Virus record (IMG/VR): IMGVR_UViG_3300021400_000491
Location: 1 to 64,000 of that record
DNA length: 64,000 nt
Direction: 5' to 3' (one strand)
Source: a virus
Lineage: Duplodnaviria > Caudoviricetes
Below, in pieces: positions 33,823 to 43,241 of the stretch (positions are counted from its first letter, which is position 1; every line of letters starts with the position of its first letter). A program made the translations under genes and the position numbers. The notes below the pieces were generated by a model, which was given only the letters and a program-made list of their open reading frames with translations, did no database searches and was not told the DNA's origin.

Positions 33823-33966
33823 ATGGGAAGGAGAATCTATGTAGAACAGTACACACCGAAGATGTACACAATGCACAAAAACGGCGTACAGACTAGGCGC
33901 ATTAGCTTTATCCGTTACCTGTTTTTGAAGCTTTGCGGTAGCAAGGATATAAAAGTCCTTCGCTAA
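33823..33966 (+). CDS. Small hypothetical protein (47 aa)
   Basis: RBS GAGGTG; below ORF-track cutoff. Confidence 0.4.
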   Translation: MGRRIYVEQYTPKMYTMHKNGVQTRRISFIRYLFLKLCGSKDIKVLR

Positions 33967-34304
33967 AAATCCTGCTGCTTTTCAGATTGCTTTTTGAACA
34001 AGTCAATCTGGAATTGCAGCGAGGACATGAGGAATGATTTTTGATTTTCATTCAGCGTGTCTAGTTCTGCAAAAAGAAGCCGTATTTCTTGCGGAAAATC
34101 ACATTTCTCTTGACCTGTAATCAGAAAATCAAGGGAAACTTTGAAATGCTTTGCGATTGCTACTAAATCCGGGAGAGCCGGGAAGCGTTTAGCCTGTTGG
34201 CTGGAATAGTAAGACGATTGCACGATTCCGTTTTTTTCAAGCATTTCTTTCAGCGAGATACCTTCTTTTTTGCAGAGTTCTTTAATCCGTTCGTAAATAT
34301 CCAT
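33963..34304 (-). CDS. XRE-family HTH repressor
   Basis: MDIYERIKELCKKEGISLKEM..PDLVAIAKHFKVSLDFLITG. Confidence 0.88.
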   Translation of the reverse strand: MDIYERIKELCKKEGISLKEMLEKNGIVQSSYYSSQQAKRFPALPDLVAIAKHFKVSLDFLITGQEKCDFPQEIRLLFAELDTLNENQKSFLMSSLQFQIDLFKKQSEKQQDF

Positions 34305-34347
34305 GCTTTTATGTTCGGAATAATTGCTTAAAAACATAATTATTATC

Positions 34348-34403
34348 TTGACAGATTACGCGAAAAAGCAATAATATAAAAGTGTAATTGCTTTATTAAG
34401 CAA
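34348..34403 (+). promoter_or_regulatory. Promoter plus palindromic operator
   Basis: TTGACA(34348)-18-TAATAT; AATTGCTTTATTAAGCAA 34386-34403. Confidence 0.75.
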
Positions 34404-34414
34404 TTTTATAACAG

Positions 34415-34523
34415 AGCAATGGAAAAAGAACCGTGACCTTTTTTGATTGCTTTGGCAGTCACTCCCGAAAGGGGAATGAAAGCCGTAGGTTTTTGTCACG
34501 GAAAGCCTGCGGCTTTTCTTTTT
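34415..34523 (+). promoter_or_regulatory. Leader element D: loop-complementary hairpin/terminator
   Basis: AAAAAG-AACCGTGAC-CTTTTT; GATTGC-TTTG-GCAGTC; CCC-GAAA-GGG; 15-bp terminator with loop TGTCACGG plus TCTTTTT. Confidence 0.85.
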
Positions 34524-34537
34524 GGGGGATAAAGAAA

Positions 34538-35155
34538 ATGAATGAGATTGCTACAGAAAAAACAGTTACAACAAAAGAATTGGCTGAAATGTTGGGTGTA
34601 GATGTAGATACAGTAAACAATACCGTAAACCGATTAGGCTTTTCCGATGTACTTCGGAAAAGTACAGGTGGTAGACCTACAAGAGTTTTCAACGAAAAGC
34701 AAGCAACACTCATTAAACAAGCAATTCAAAGGCATCACAATCTTGCGACAAGACAAATTGATAATATTTCTACAGACCTAGAGGGTGAATTGCTTGTACA
34801 GAAAGCAATGGCTTATCAACAAATGAAAATAAATCAGCTACAGGCAAAAGTAAAAGAAATGCAACCTAAAGCCATTATTTATGATGAATTTGTAAGTCGT
34901 GATAGATTCTGCAATTTCCGGGACGGTGCTAATTATCTCCACATTTCACAATCTGACTTAATGAATCTTCTGAAAACTCGCTACATCTACAAAAATAATG
35001 TAGGTGAATATCGCTGCTATGGTGAATACTCGCAGTATTTCACTTTAAGACCATTTACTTTGGGCGACAAAACAAAACAGCAACTAATGTTCACGATTAA
35101 GGGTTTAGAGTTCTTCAAAAATAAAATCAATTCAACAAAAAGGGTGGAAGCATGA
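34538..35155 (+). CDS. Antirepressor (HTH plus KilA-C/ANT domain)
   Basis: TTKELAEMLGV; EMQPKAIIYDEFV..NFRDGANYL..T.KG. Confidence 0.8.
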   Translation: MNEIATEKTVTTKELAEMLGVDVDTVNNTVNRLGFSDVLRKSTGGRPTRVFNEKQATLIKQAIQRHHNLATRQIDNISTDLEGELLVQKAMAYQQMKINQLQAKVKEMQPKAIIYDEFVSRDRFCNFRDGANYLHISQSDLMNLLKTRYIYKNNVGEYRCYGEYSQYFTLRPFTLGDKTKQQLMFTIKGLEFFKNKINSTKRVEA

Positions 35156-35502
35156 CCTTACAGATTGATGATGAAGGGGAACTTGGAAAACTTCTTCAAC
35201 TTCTCCCGGAAGCGATAAACACATTCAAACAGGCTGCAAGCGTACAAAACAATCAGCTTACGGCGCAATGGTACGACTTGGAAGCCTGTTACAACTTGCG
35301 CGGCGTGGGTGCTTTTTCGACCTTCAAAAATAACAGGTGGTATCAGCCGAAGGGCGGAATCCCGGACGGCATCGTACAGGGGCGGCACGCTTGGAGCAGG
35401 GAAACGGTGGCGGAATGGCTGACTTATACGGACAAAACGCTTCCAGAATACCACAAGAAATATTGCACAGGTGCAAGGAATCCGAAGGGGGCGCAGAAAT
35501 GA
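35152..35502 (+). CDS. Hypothetical DNA-binding protein (excisionase-like candidate)
   Basis: Ends RHAWSRETVAEWL, resembling AlpA/Xis winged helix. Confidence 0.45.
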   Translation: MTLQIDDEGELGKLLQLLPEAINTFKQAASVQNNQLTAQWYDLEACYNLRGVGAFSTFKNNRWYQPKGGIPDGIVQGRHAWSRETVAEWLTYTDKTLPEYHKKYCTGARNPKGAQK

Positions 35503-35696
35503 TGTTGAAATGCACTACAACGAAGTTTAACGGTAAGGATATAAAACTTTACGAATCTTCCTACAAGGGCAAAAAGCAGACCTTCGGAAGCGTGAGAGAA
35601 GCACTTTTATACAGCATGGGTTACGGTTCTGACCAAGCGGCAGAATTGCGCTACATGATGAAAAAAAAGATAGACGAGAAATCCAACGAAGCATAA
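35499..35696 (+). CDS. Hypothetical protein
   Basis: ATGA coupling to upstream gene. Confidence 0.6.
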   Translation: MMLKCTTTKFNGKDIKLYESSYKGKKQTFGSVREALLYSMGYGSDQAAELRYMMKKKIDEKSNEA

Positions 35697-35707
35697 GGAG
35701 GCAAAAA

Positions 35708-36760
35708 ATGCTTTATGAAGAAATCTTGAAAAACGGATTCTGTACGGCTGAAAGTACGGAAGGTATGAGCGAAGATGTGTGGCTTGATAAACGCCGTGAG
35801 GGTATCGGCGGCAGTGATTCCGGGGCAATCCTTAACATGAATCGCTTTGCTACACCGTTGAGCGTTTACATCGCAAAGAAAAACCTTCTTGATTCTGATT
35901 TGAATAAAAACAATCAGTCTATCAAGTGGGGAAAAATGGCGGAAGCTGCAATCAGAAAAGGGCTTGCAGACGATTTGAATTTGCAGATTGAAACCGCTCC
36001 TGTAATGTTCAAGAGCGTTAAAAATCCGTTCATGCTTGCTGATTTGGACGGCGTGATTTTTGTGCCGGAAGCAAGAGAAATCAACGGAAAGACCGTTAAG
36101 GGAATCGGCGGGCTTGAAATCAAAACCGCAACTTCACGCAATACGGAATTTGGAAGTGATGAAATTCCAGACAGCTATTATTGCCAAGTCCAGCATTACA
36201 TGGCTGTAACCGGGCTTGATTGGTTCGTTCTTTGTGTGCTTATTGACAAGGCAGACGGCAGAATCTACACAGTGCCTAGAAATGACGACTTTATCAACAA
36301 CACTCTTATTCCGGCTGAAAAATCATTCTGGAATGACTATGTACTTGCAGAAGTAATGCCAGCTCCAACAGGCAATGAATACGAATCAAAGATTGTTGAC
36401 GGCGTTTATAAAGAGTGTGCCGCCGAGGTTGAACTTCCCGAAGAGGTTTCTTTGCTCTGTGATGAATACAATCTTGCAGCACAGGAAGAAAAAGCCGCCG
36501 GAGAGAAAAAAGAAATCATCAAGGAAAAAATCAAGATTGCCATTATGAAAGCCTCGCCGACCGCTGATGTCGAGAAGCAGAAAATCATCGCAAAGGCGGG
36601 CGGTGCAAAAATATCTTGGAACAAGCAGGTTCGCAAGATTGCCGACACAGACAAGCTCAAAAAATCCGGGCTTTTTGATGAATATTGCAAGGAATCAGCA
36701 AGCCTTGTAATGAGAATCACGGCAGAGAAAAAAGCAGCGGGGGCGGCTGATGTATTCTGA
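35708..36760 (+). CDS. YqaJ-like (lambda exonuclease family) recombination nuclease
   Basis: WL..RR.GIGGSD, ADLDG, LEIKT, YYCQVQHYMAVTG. Confidence 0.93.
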   Translation: MLYEEILKNGFCTAESTEGMSEDVWLDKRREGIGGSDSGAILNMNRFATPLSVYIAKKNLLDSDLNKNNQSIKWGKMAEAAIRKGLADDLNLQIETAPVMFKSVKNPFMLADLDGVIFVPEAREINGKTVKGIGGLEIKTATSRNTEFGSDEIPDSYYCQVQHYMAVTGLDWFVLCVLIDKADGRIYTVPRNDDFINNTLIPAEKSFWNDYVLAEVMPAPTGNEYESKIVDGVYKECAAEVELPEEVSLLCDEYNLAAQEEKAAGEKKEIIKEKIKIAIMKASPTADVEKQKIIAKAGGAKISWNKQVRKIADTDKLKKSGLFDEYCKESASLVMRITAEKKAAGAADVF

Positions 36761-36947
36761 TGATGAAGATTTGAGAGTGGATAGGTGCTGTTGTGGCGGA
36801 AATCCGCAGGTAGAAAGTAAGTACGGCTCTTTCTTTGTCATTTGTAAAGAGTGTGGTTGCTCTGGTTCTTCATATCCAACACAGAAACAGGCAATCCGCT
36901 CTTGGAACAAGAAAAACAGACGAATTAAGGGGGAATCTGAAAAATGA
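36750..36947 (+). CDS. Lar-family restriction alleviation-like protein
   Basis: CCCGGNP..FVICKECG....AIRSWN. Confidence 0.7.
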   Translation: MYSDDEDLRVDRCCCGGNPQVESKYGSFFVICKECGCSGSSYPTQKQAIRSWNKKNRRIKGESEK

Positions 36948-37543
36948 AAGTTCTTTGGTGTGACACAGAAACAACAGGTTTAAAGCCGGAAAACAGCGGA
37001 GCTTTTCAAGTCGCAATGCTTTTTAAGCACGGCATGGATAAAACAAAAGTGTGGCAGCGGCTTTTCTTTCTGAATCCGCTGGACGAAGAAAAGGGCATTT
37101 TATACCACGAAGAAGCATACGAAACCCACGGCGTAAAGAAAGAAACGATTGAAGGGTACGCAAAGGCGGCGGAAGTAATGCCGAGAATCGCTTCTTTCTT
37201 TCTGGAATACGGCAAAGGTTTCAATGACGATGGGAAGTTTGAAAAGATGTACTTTGCAGGATATAACCCGTTTTTCGATTGGCAACATCTGGACGAACTT
37301 TTCAAGCGTTACACCGAATACAAGATGTCAGATTTCTTTGAGCCGAAATTGCTTGATGTTCTGGAACAGGTAAAGCGGGCAACGGCAATGGGGAAACTGA
37401 ATACCGTAAACAAGAAACTTACAACGGTTTGCAAATCGCTTGAAATTCCGCTTGTAAACGCGCATGACGCTATGGGCGACATCGAAGCAACAAGAGAATT
37501 GGCGGTAAGACTTCAAAGAATTGGTGTACCTTTGGTTTTGTAA
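36944..37543 (+). CDS. DEDDh 3'-5' exonuclease (DnaQ-like)
   Basis: WCDTETTG, GYNPFFD, NAHDAMGDI. Confidence 0.9.
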   Translation: MKVLWCDTETTGLKPENSGAFQVAMLFKHGMDKTKVWQRLFFLNPLDEEKGILYHEEAYETHGVKKETIEGYAKAAEVMPRIASFFLEYGKGFNDDGKFEKMYFAGYNPFFDWQHLDELFKRYTEYKMSDFFEPKLLDVLEQVKRATAMGKLNTVNKKLTTVCKSLEIPLVNAHDAMGDIEATRELAVRLQRIGVPLVL

Positions 37544-37636
37544 ATTTGTGCAAATTTGCACAAATTCGTATTGACTGATACGATAAATAGATTTACAATC
37601 GTATTAGATACGAGAAAAAGTATCTAACCCAACGAT
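37543..37636 (+). promoter_or_regulatory. recT promoter with several operator-like sites
   Basis: 24-bp perfect palindrome 37543-37566; TTGACT(37571)-17-TACAAT; TCGTAT-N6-ATACGA over the -35; AACCCAACGAT 37626. Confidence 0.75.
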
Positions 37637-37659
37637 ATATAGACATGGAGGCATTTTTT

Positions 37660-38664
37660 ATGAAAACAGACGGCTCTGACGCACAGAACAGACAAGTTGC
37701 GACACAGACACAGCAGAAGCAGGGAACTTTGAGGGATTGGCTGGAAGTTCAGCAAAAAAGGGTTGCTTCATCAATTCCAGCTGGAACGGTAAGCCTTGAA
37801 AGGTTTATGGAGAGCGTGAAATTCGCTATCTTAGACCCTAAAAATCCGCTCTTGCGTACTTGTGACAAGGAAAGTTTGCAGCGTTCTATTGCACAGGCAG
37901 CAAATTACGGTTTGGAACCGGGCGGAGTTTTAGGACAGGCTTATTTTATCCCATACAATGAATCTGTCAAGTTGCCAAACGGACAGTGGCAGAAAGTTAT
38001 GACCTGCCATTTTCAGATTGGTTATAAGGGATTGGTTGAACTTGCCAGACGCTCAAAGACAATCAAGACTATCGCCGCAGAACCTGTATATGCCAATGAT
38101 GAATTCGAGTGTGAATTGGCAAGCGGACGGAGCATACACCATAAAATCAACATCTTCAAAGACCGAGGCGAAGTTGTAGCTTATTACTGTCTTGTTGAAC
38201 TTACAAACGGCGGTGAGCAATTCGCAATCCTTACAAAATCAGACGCAGAGAAATTCCGCGATAAGTATTCAAAATCTTATGTCATGGCAAAGAACAGCGG
38301 CAAAGGGCTTGAAGAAAATAATTGGGTGAAGAACTTTGACGCAATGGCTTTGAAAACTTGCGTTATTAAAGCTCTTAAACTCTGTCCTATCAGCATTGAA
38401 ACATTGCGGGCAGTCCAGACAGAAGAAAGCGGAGATTACAACGATACAGCCGTTGAAGTTAATCCAGAAGCTGAAACTGTTACCTATTCGGTAAGTGAAG
38501 AGCCTAGTCAGATTGCAGCTCCTGCACAGACAGAAGAGCCTGCACCTAGCGATTTGGCACAGGAAGCACTTGAAAGTGGAATGTCCGTTGAAGATGAAGC
38601 TGCAATGAACGCCGCTTTTGATTCAATGCCACCACAGGCACAAGACCCTAGTGAGATATTCTAA
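37660..38664 (+). CDS. recT: RecT single-strand annealing protein
   Basis: GLEP..LGQAY.IPY, FQIGYKGLVELARRS, WVKNFDAMALKT. Confidence 0.93.
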   Translation: MKTDGSDAQNRQVATQTQQKQGTLRDWLEVQQKRVASSIPAGTVSLERFMESVKFAILDPKNPLLRTCDKESLQRSIAQAANYGLEPGGVLGQAYFIPYNESVKLPNGQWQKVMTCHFQIGYKGLVELARRSKTIKTIAAEPVYANDEFECELASGRSIHHKINIFKDRGEVVAYYCLVELTNGGEQFAILTKSDAEKFRDKYSKSYVMAKNSGKGLEENNWVKNFDAMALKTCVIKALKLCPISIETLRAVQTEESGDYNDTAVEVNPEAETVTYSVSEEPSQIAAPAQTEEPAPSDLAQEALESGMSVEDEAAMNAAFDSMPPQAQDPSEIF

Positions 38665-38675
38665 GGCGGTAGGGA

Positions 38676-39470
38676 ATGAAAGTCACAGGCTATTTTCACG
38701 GCATACTTTTCAAAGATAACTCAATTATTTTAAGACCGAGTGATAGCCGTGACTTAATCCCTATTAGAAAGGTTTTCAAAAGCAAGAAAGACCGGGAAGA
38801 AAGAAGCGGACTTGAAATCCTTTTGAGGTGTGAAATTGACGCACCTTTACAGAAACGGAGCATAAAAGAATTAAACACGGCTTGGAAGCTGATTTCAATT
38901 ATTTATGAATCAATGGAAGGTCGGCGCGGAACGGACGAAGAACTTTATAGCTTGTATGAAGATTTGCTGACCGAATACGCCGAAAAGACACCTTGCACAC
39001 TGTACCCGAACAGATTACGCCCGGTACGGTTGAGCGAAGCAAACACGGTACAAGCTGCAACTTTCATTGACGGCTTGATTTATCACCTGTGTATGCTTTG
39101 CGACTTGAAGCAGGATTTACAGGCTGATGTACGAATGGTTATTTACGAATTCGAGGAATGGCGGGGAAAGCAGAAAGAAGATTTTACCGCCACAATGACA
39201 GAATCGAAGTGGAGAGAAAGGGCGGTTTATTCCGAAGCGAGCGGAATAGGAACAGATATAGACCTTCATCACATGATGGGAAAGGGAGCGCACGAGATTT
39301 TACGGAATGACCCGGAAAATTGGATTGCGTTAAACCGTGTGGAGCATGACGAATTCCACAACGAAGGGGAAGAAAAGTTTTTGCAGAAATACCCGCACTT
39401 AAAGGGGCGTTTCGAGCATATACATAAAAAGGCGGCGAGCCTTTACGAAGATAAAAGAAATTTGGGGTGA
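38676..39470 (+). CDS. Hypothetical protein with C-terminal HNH-like (DUF968-like) motif
   Basis: DLHH..GKGAH..NW.ALNR.EH.EFH. Confidence 0.55.
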   Translation: MKVTGYFHGILFKDNSIILRPSDSRDLIPIRKVFKSKKDREERSGLEILLRCEIDAPLQKRSIKELNTAWKLISIIYESMEGRRGTDEELYSLYEDLLTEYAEKTPCTLYPNRLRPVRLSEANTVQAATFIDGLIYHLCMLCDLKQDLQADVRMVIYEFEEWRGKQKEDFTATMTESKWRERAVYSEASGIGTDIDLHHMMGKGAHEILRNDPENWIALNRVEHDEFHNEGEEKFLQKYPHLKGRFEHIHKKAASLYEDKRNLG

Positions 39471-39479
39471 CAGGTAAAA

Positions 39480-40121
39480 ATGACAAGAGAGATACCATTG
39501 AGCCGGATTCTTTACGGCACGAATGTCAGAAGCGAGCGTGACGAAGATATTATCGAGCTTGCAAAGAGCATTGAAGCACATGATATTTTACAGCCTTTAG
39601 TTGTAAGACCAAAGGGCAATAAGTATGAAGTTATTTGCGGACACAGACGGCTTAAAGCCTTGCAGCTTGTCGGCGGTGATATTTCTGTACCTTGCATTAT
39701 CCGTGAGGATATTCCAGATTCAGAAGTTATCAAAGTTCAGCTTGAAGAGAATATTCAGCGTAAGCAAATGAGCGCGATTGAACTTGTAGAAGCGTTTGAC
39801 AAGATTAAGGCACAAAGCCGGTTAAAAGTTACGAATGAACGGCTTGCCACAATGCTGAACAAAAGCGTTAGTTGGGTTTTGAATCAGTATTATGCGGTAA
39901 AGAACATTGAAAAAGTATATGGCGACAACGGCAAGGAGTATGTGAGAAAAAATCACATCGCTGCTGGAAAGATTATCGGTGACTTGCAGAAAAAGAATCG
40001 GGAAGGCACAAAGATTCAGAAAAACGGTTTTACCATTGAACATAACGGAAAGACTATCACAGTCAAATGTGAGAGCGTTGATGTGGTGAATTATGTTGTC
40101 GCAGAACTTAAAAAAATCTAA
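39480..40121 (+). CDS. ParB/Spo0J N-terminal domain protein
   Basis: ELAKSI..ILQPLVVR..YEVICGHRRLKA..EENIQR. Confidence 0.88.
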   Translation: MTREIPLSRILYGTNVRSERDEDIIELAKSIEAHDILQPLVVRPKGNKYEVICGHRRLKALQLVGGDISVPCIIREDIPDSEVIKVQLEENIQRKQMSAIELVEAFDKIKAQSRLKVTNERLATMLNKSVSWVLNQYYAVKNIEKVYGDNGKEYVRKNHIAAGKIIGDLQKKNREGTKIQKNGFTIEHNGKTITVKCESVDVVNYVVAELKKI

Positions 40122-40132
40122 GGGGAATTGAT

Positions 40133-40750
40133 ATGTCAGAAGAAAAGCCGATTGAGAAGCCTAGAGCCGTAAAGCTCGTTTACAATCTGAATGATGATTA
40201 CAGGACACCGCGCTATCTTGTTTCGTGCCTTGATACATTCATCTTTGATTTTATGCAGCGTCATAACATCAACCGTAAATTGGTTGTGTACTGTCCTTTT
40301 GACACCGAAGAAAGCGAGTATGTACGCTACTTCAAAGAAAACGGCGCGGAAGTAATTCATGGGGATATAAAGACAGGGCAGGATTTCTTTGAGAATCCTA
40401 TCCCAGAATGTGATTTAGTTATTTCAAATCCGCCTTTTTCACGAAAGCGAGAGGTTTTTTCTAAATTGTTTGCGGCTGGTATTCCGTTTGCTTTGTTAAT
40501 GAATCTACAGGCAATGCAGTATCAAGAAATGGGGCAGTTGTTCTTTGAGGAACAGCAGAGAACGGAAGCAATTCAGTTTATTATCCCGGATAAGAAAGTG
40601 TCTTTTGACGGTCATACATCGGCTTTTTGCAGCGGTTATTATTGCTGGAAGTTCGTTGAGAAAACATCATTCGTACACCTTCCACATAACAATAGCGGGA
40701 AGTTTTATGTTCCGGCTTATTCACTTACAAAACAGGGAGATGTGCAATAA
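40133..40750 (+). CDS. Phage adenine DNA methyltransferase
   Basis: YRTP, VYCPFD..SEYV, GQDFF, ISNPPFS. Confidence 0.8.
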   Translation: MSEEKPIEKPRAVKLVYNLNDDYRTPRYLVSCLDTFIFDFMQRHNINRKLVVYCPFDTEESEYVRYFKENGAEVIHGDIKTGQDFFENPIPECDLVISNPPFSRKREVFSKLFAAGIPFALLMNLQAMQYQEMGQLFFEEQQRTEAIQFIIPDKKVSFDGHTSAFCSGYYCWKFVEKTSFVHLPHNNSGKFYVPAYSLTKQGDVQ

Positions 40751-41610
40751 TGAAATGGTTTAAGCATGATTCAGACGCAATGACAGACAGCAAAATCAGA
40801 AAGTTAATCTTGAAGCATGGGGCGGTAGGTTACGCCGTTTATTTTCACTGTTTGGAGCTGATAGCAAGCAGCGTCAGCGAAACAAACATCAATTTTGAGT
40901 TGGAGCATGACGCGGAAATCATAGCCGATGATTTGAAAATCAACGGAAGTGGAACGGAAAGCGGAGCGCAGATTGTTGAGAACATCATGCGCACCATTAT
41001 TGACCTTAAACTTTTCGAGGAATCAGACGGTCACATCTTTTGCTTGAAGCTCTTGAAAAGGCTTGATACTTCCATGACTTCAAACAAATATTTCCGTACT
41101 TTGATTGCGGAAGCAAAAAGCGCAAGAACACCACAGGCACAAATTCCGGCTCTTGAAGCGACACAGACAGAAGAGCCGCAGCAGGAAGAAATACCTTACG
41201 AAGTCCAGACACCGGGCGAAGAACAGTTTTCTTATGCTCAGAAAGAATACGCAAAGAAAATCTTTGACTTATGGAATGGAGCAGGGCTTCCTTGTCCTAA
41301 ATCCGGCTACATTACATTTATGCTCTCTGATTTCAGACTGGCAGTAGCAGAGTTGCAGAAAGAAAAGCTGCACAGCAGTTCAGTTATTGCCGCCGTTGAG
41401 AACTACATCAAGGTTATGGAGCTGAAAAAAGCAGGTAAAACTTGGTGGAATGTCAAATACAGTTTTGATAACTTTGCAAAGTTCAAGAACATAAAAAGAT
41501 TCTTGCCGGACTATTTCGACATAACAGAATATCAAGACATGAAGAAAAAGAACGGTTCAGCGGTCGCACAATCGGGAGCAGATTCTAGCGGCGAGGGGGT
41601 AGATTTCTAA
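40750..41610 (+). CDS. Replication initiator / replisome organiser
   Basis: MKWFKHDSDA..GY.VYF..LE.IA..FELEHDAEIIA; directly upstream of helicase loader. Confidence 0.8.
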   Translation: MKWFKHDSDAMTDSKIRKLILKHGAVGYAVYFHCLELIASSVSETNINFELEHDAEIIADDLKINGSGTESGAQIVENIMRTIIDLKLFEESDGHIFCLKLLKRLDTSMTSNKYFRTLIAEAKSARTPQAQIPALEATQTEEPQQEEIPYEVQTPGEEQFSYAQKEYAKKIFDLWNGAGLPCPKSGYITFMLSDFRLAVAELQKEKLHSSSVIAAVENYIKVMELKKAGKTWWNVKYSFDNFAKFKNIKRFLPDYFDITEYQDMKKKNGSAVAQSGADSSGEGVDF

Positions 41611-42377
41611 TGAGCGAAGAAGAAAAGAAAAACAAAGACCCTATAAAAACCGTGCCGGAAGTTATGAAGAATGTTTTTGCGGGTATTACCGTTGCTTCTG
41701 ATGAAGATATTGCGAAGCGTGAAGAAGAAATTCGCAAGTATGAAGAAGAGCAGAGAAAAGCAAGCCGGGAGCGCAATTTCTTGAACAGCGGAATAGCAGA
41801 GAAATTCGAAAATGTAGAACTTTCTGACATTCTGGAGGCAGGAATTGCAGAAATGAAAGACAAAGACGGAAACATCATCACAGATATAAATGTCTTTGAG
41901 AAGTTCATTTCTGACATTGCGGAAGGAAAGCCTAGAGGCTTGTGGCTTTGCGGAAAATATGGAACAGGAAAAAGCGTTTTTGCAATCGCTCTTATGCACG
42001 AGCTTTGCCGTCGTGGTGTTTCCTGTTCATACTTCAAAACACATGAAGTCATGCAGCGGCTTGATGATGTGAAATGGCATTTAAGCCATGAAACAAGAGC
42101 GGGAATTGTGAAAGAGCTTTGCAGCTCTGATTTTCGTATCTTTGATGAAATCGGGCGTTATCCAGATTCAAAGTGGGAGCAGTTTATCTTGTTTGATGTA
42201 ACAAATAAATGTTACGAAAGCTATAAATCAATGCTCTTTATCTCAAATCTGACAAGAAACGAATTAGGCGAGTTTTTGGGCGGAGCTGCTACTGACAGAT
42301 TCAAGGGTTTAGGAATGACTATTGAATTCAGCGGCAAATCGTTCAGAGGTTCGGAAAAAGAATTGTACACAAAGTAG
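41610..42377 (+). CDS. DnaC/IstB-like AAA+ helicase loader
   Basis: Walker A GKYGTGKS, Walker B IFDEIG, ISNL, DRF. Confidence 0.9.
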   Translation: MSEEEKKNKDPIKTVPEVMKNVFAGITVASDEDIAKREEEIRKYEEEQRKASRERNFLNSGIAEKFENVELSDILEAGIAEMKDKDGNIITDINVFEKFISDIAEGKPRGLWLCGKYGTGKSVFAIALMHELCRRGVSCSYFKTHEVMQRLDDVKWHLSHETRAGIVKELCSSDFRIFDEIGRYPDSKWEQFILFDVTNKCYESYKSMLFISNLTRNELGEFLGGAATDRFKGLGMTIEFSGKSFRGSEKELYTK

Positions 42378-42389
42378 GAGAATGAATAT

Positions 42390-42863
42390 ATGACAGACTT
42401 AAATCATGTTGTTTTGATTGGACGGCTTACTCGCGATTTAGGAAGCGATGAAAGAGATTTCGGCTATTTGCCTAACGGACAGGCAAGGGCAAATGTAAGT
42501 ATTGCCGTAAACAGAAGCAAAAAACAGGGTGATGAATGGATTGATGAAGTTTCATACTTTGAAGTTGCAATTTTCGGAAAGACCGCCGAAAACTTGAAGC
42601 CGTATCTTTTGAAGGGTAAACAAATCTGTGTAGACGGACACCTTAAGCAAGACCGCTGGAAAGACCAGCAGGGCAATAACAAAAGCAAAATCAGCATTGT
42701 TGCGGAAAATGTTCAGCTTTTGGGCGGCAAGAGTGAAGATACAACACAGAACGCGGGCGGAAATTATCAGCAGCAGTCTTTCACGCCGAAAGCAAACACA
42801 CAGTATCAGACACCACCTGCACCACCAAGCGATGATGAATTCCCGGAAGATATTCCCTTCTGA
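42390..42863 (+). CDS. ssb: Single-stranded DNA-binding protein
   Basis: NHVVLIGRLTRD, GKQICVDG.L, C-terminal DIPF. Confidence 0.96.
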   Translation: MTDLNHVVLIGRLTRDLGSDERDFGYLPNGQARANVSIAVNRSKKQGDEWIDEVSYFEVAIFGKTAENLKPYLLKGKQICVDGHLKQDRWKDQQGNNKSKISIVAENVQLLGGKSEDTTQNAGGNYQQQSFTPKANTQYQTPPAPPSDDEFPEDIPF

Positions 42864-42877
42864 TGTGAGGTTGGAGC

Positions 42878-43051
42878 ATGAAACTTGTTGAGCTTACAGG
42901 AAGATTACAGGCACTTTGTCATAACGGTTATTCACTTTCAGAAGTGAAGTTCAAAATCAACGGCGTGGAATATACGCCGGAAGATGTGAAGCTGGTTTTT
43001 CCTTCCGAAGTCGTAAAGGGCGGAGAAATTACCGTAAAAATTGAGGGCTGA
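42878..43051 (+). CDS. Small hypothetical protein (57 aa)
   Basis: RBS GAGG/GGAG; below ORF-track cutoff. Confidence 0.55.
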   Translation: MKLVELTGRLQALCHNGYSLSEVKFKINGVEYTPEDVKLVFPSEVVKGGEITVKIEG

Positions 43052-43055
43052 AATT

Positions 43056-43241
43056 ATGGAGATTCAGACAGACAGAAAAACATACAAGACTTTCAAGACG
43101 CTTCCATGCTGCTATAACTGTAAACACTCTTATTTCAGAATGGGTATTGCGCTTTATTGCAATAACCGCTCGGAGTGGATTAAAGAAGCGAGCGTAGAGC
43201 CGATAGGAACTTGTGACAGTTTCGAGGAAAAGAATGTTTGA
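43056..43241 (+). CDS. Small Cys-rich protein
   Basis: CCYNCKH..C..CDSF. Confidence 0.55.
   Translation: MEIQTDRKTYKTFKTLPCCYNCKHSYFRMGIALYCNNRSEWIKEASVEPIGTCDSFEEKNV

Noticed and set aside
38525-41178. 16-bp identity CACAGACAGAAGAGCC between recT and initiator linkers
   Set aside because: One match of this length is expected by chance in 64 kb, especially in low-complexity QTEEP linkers.
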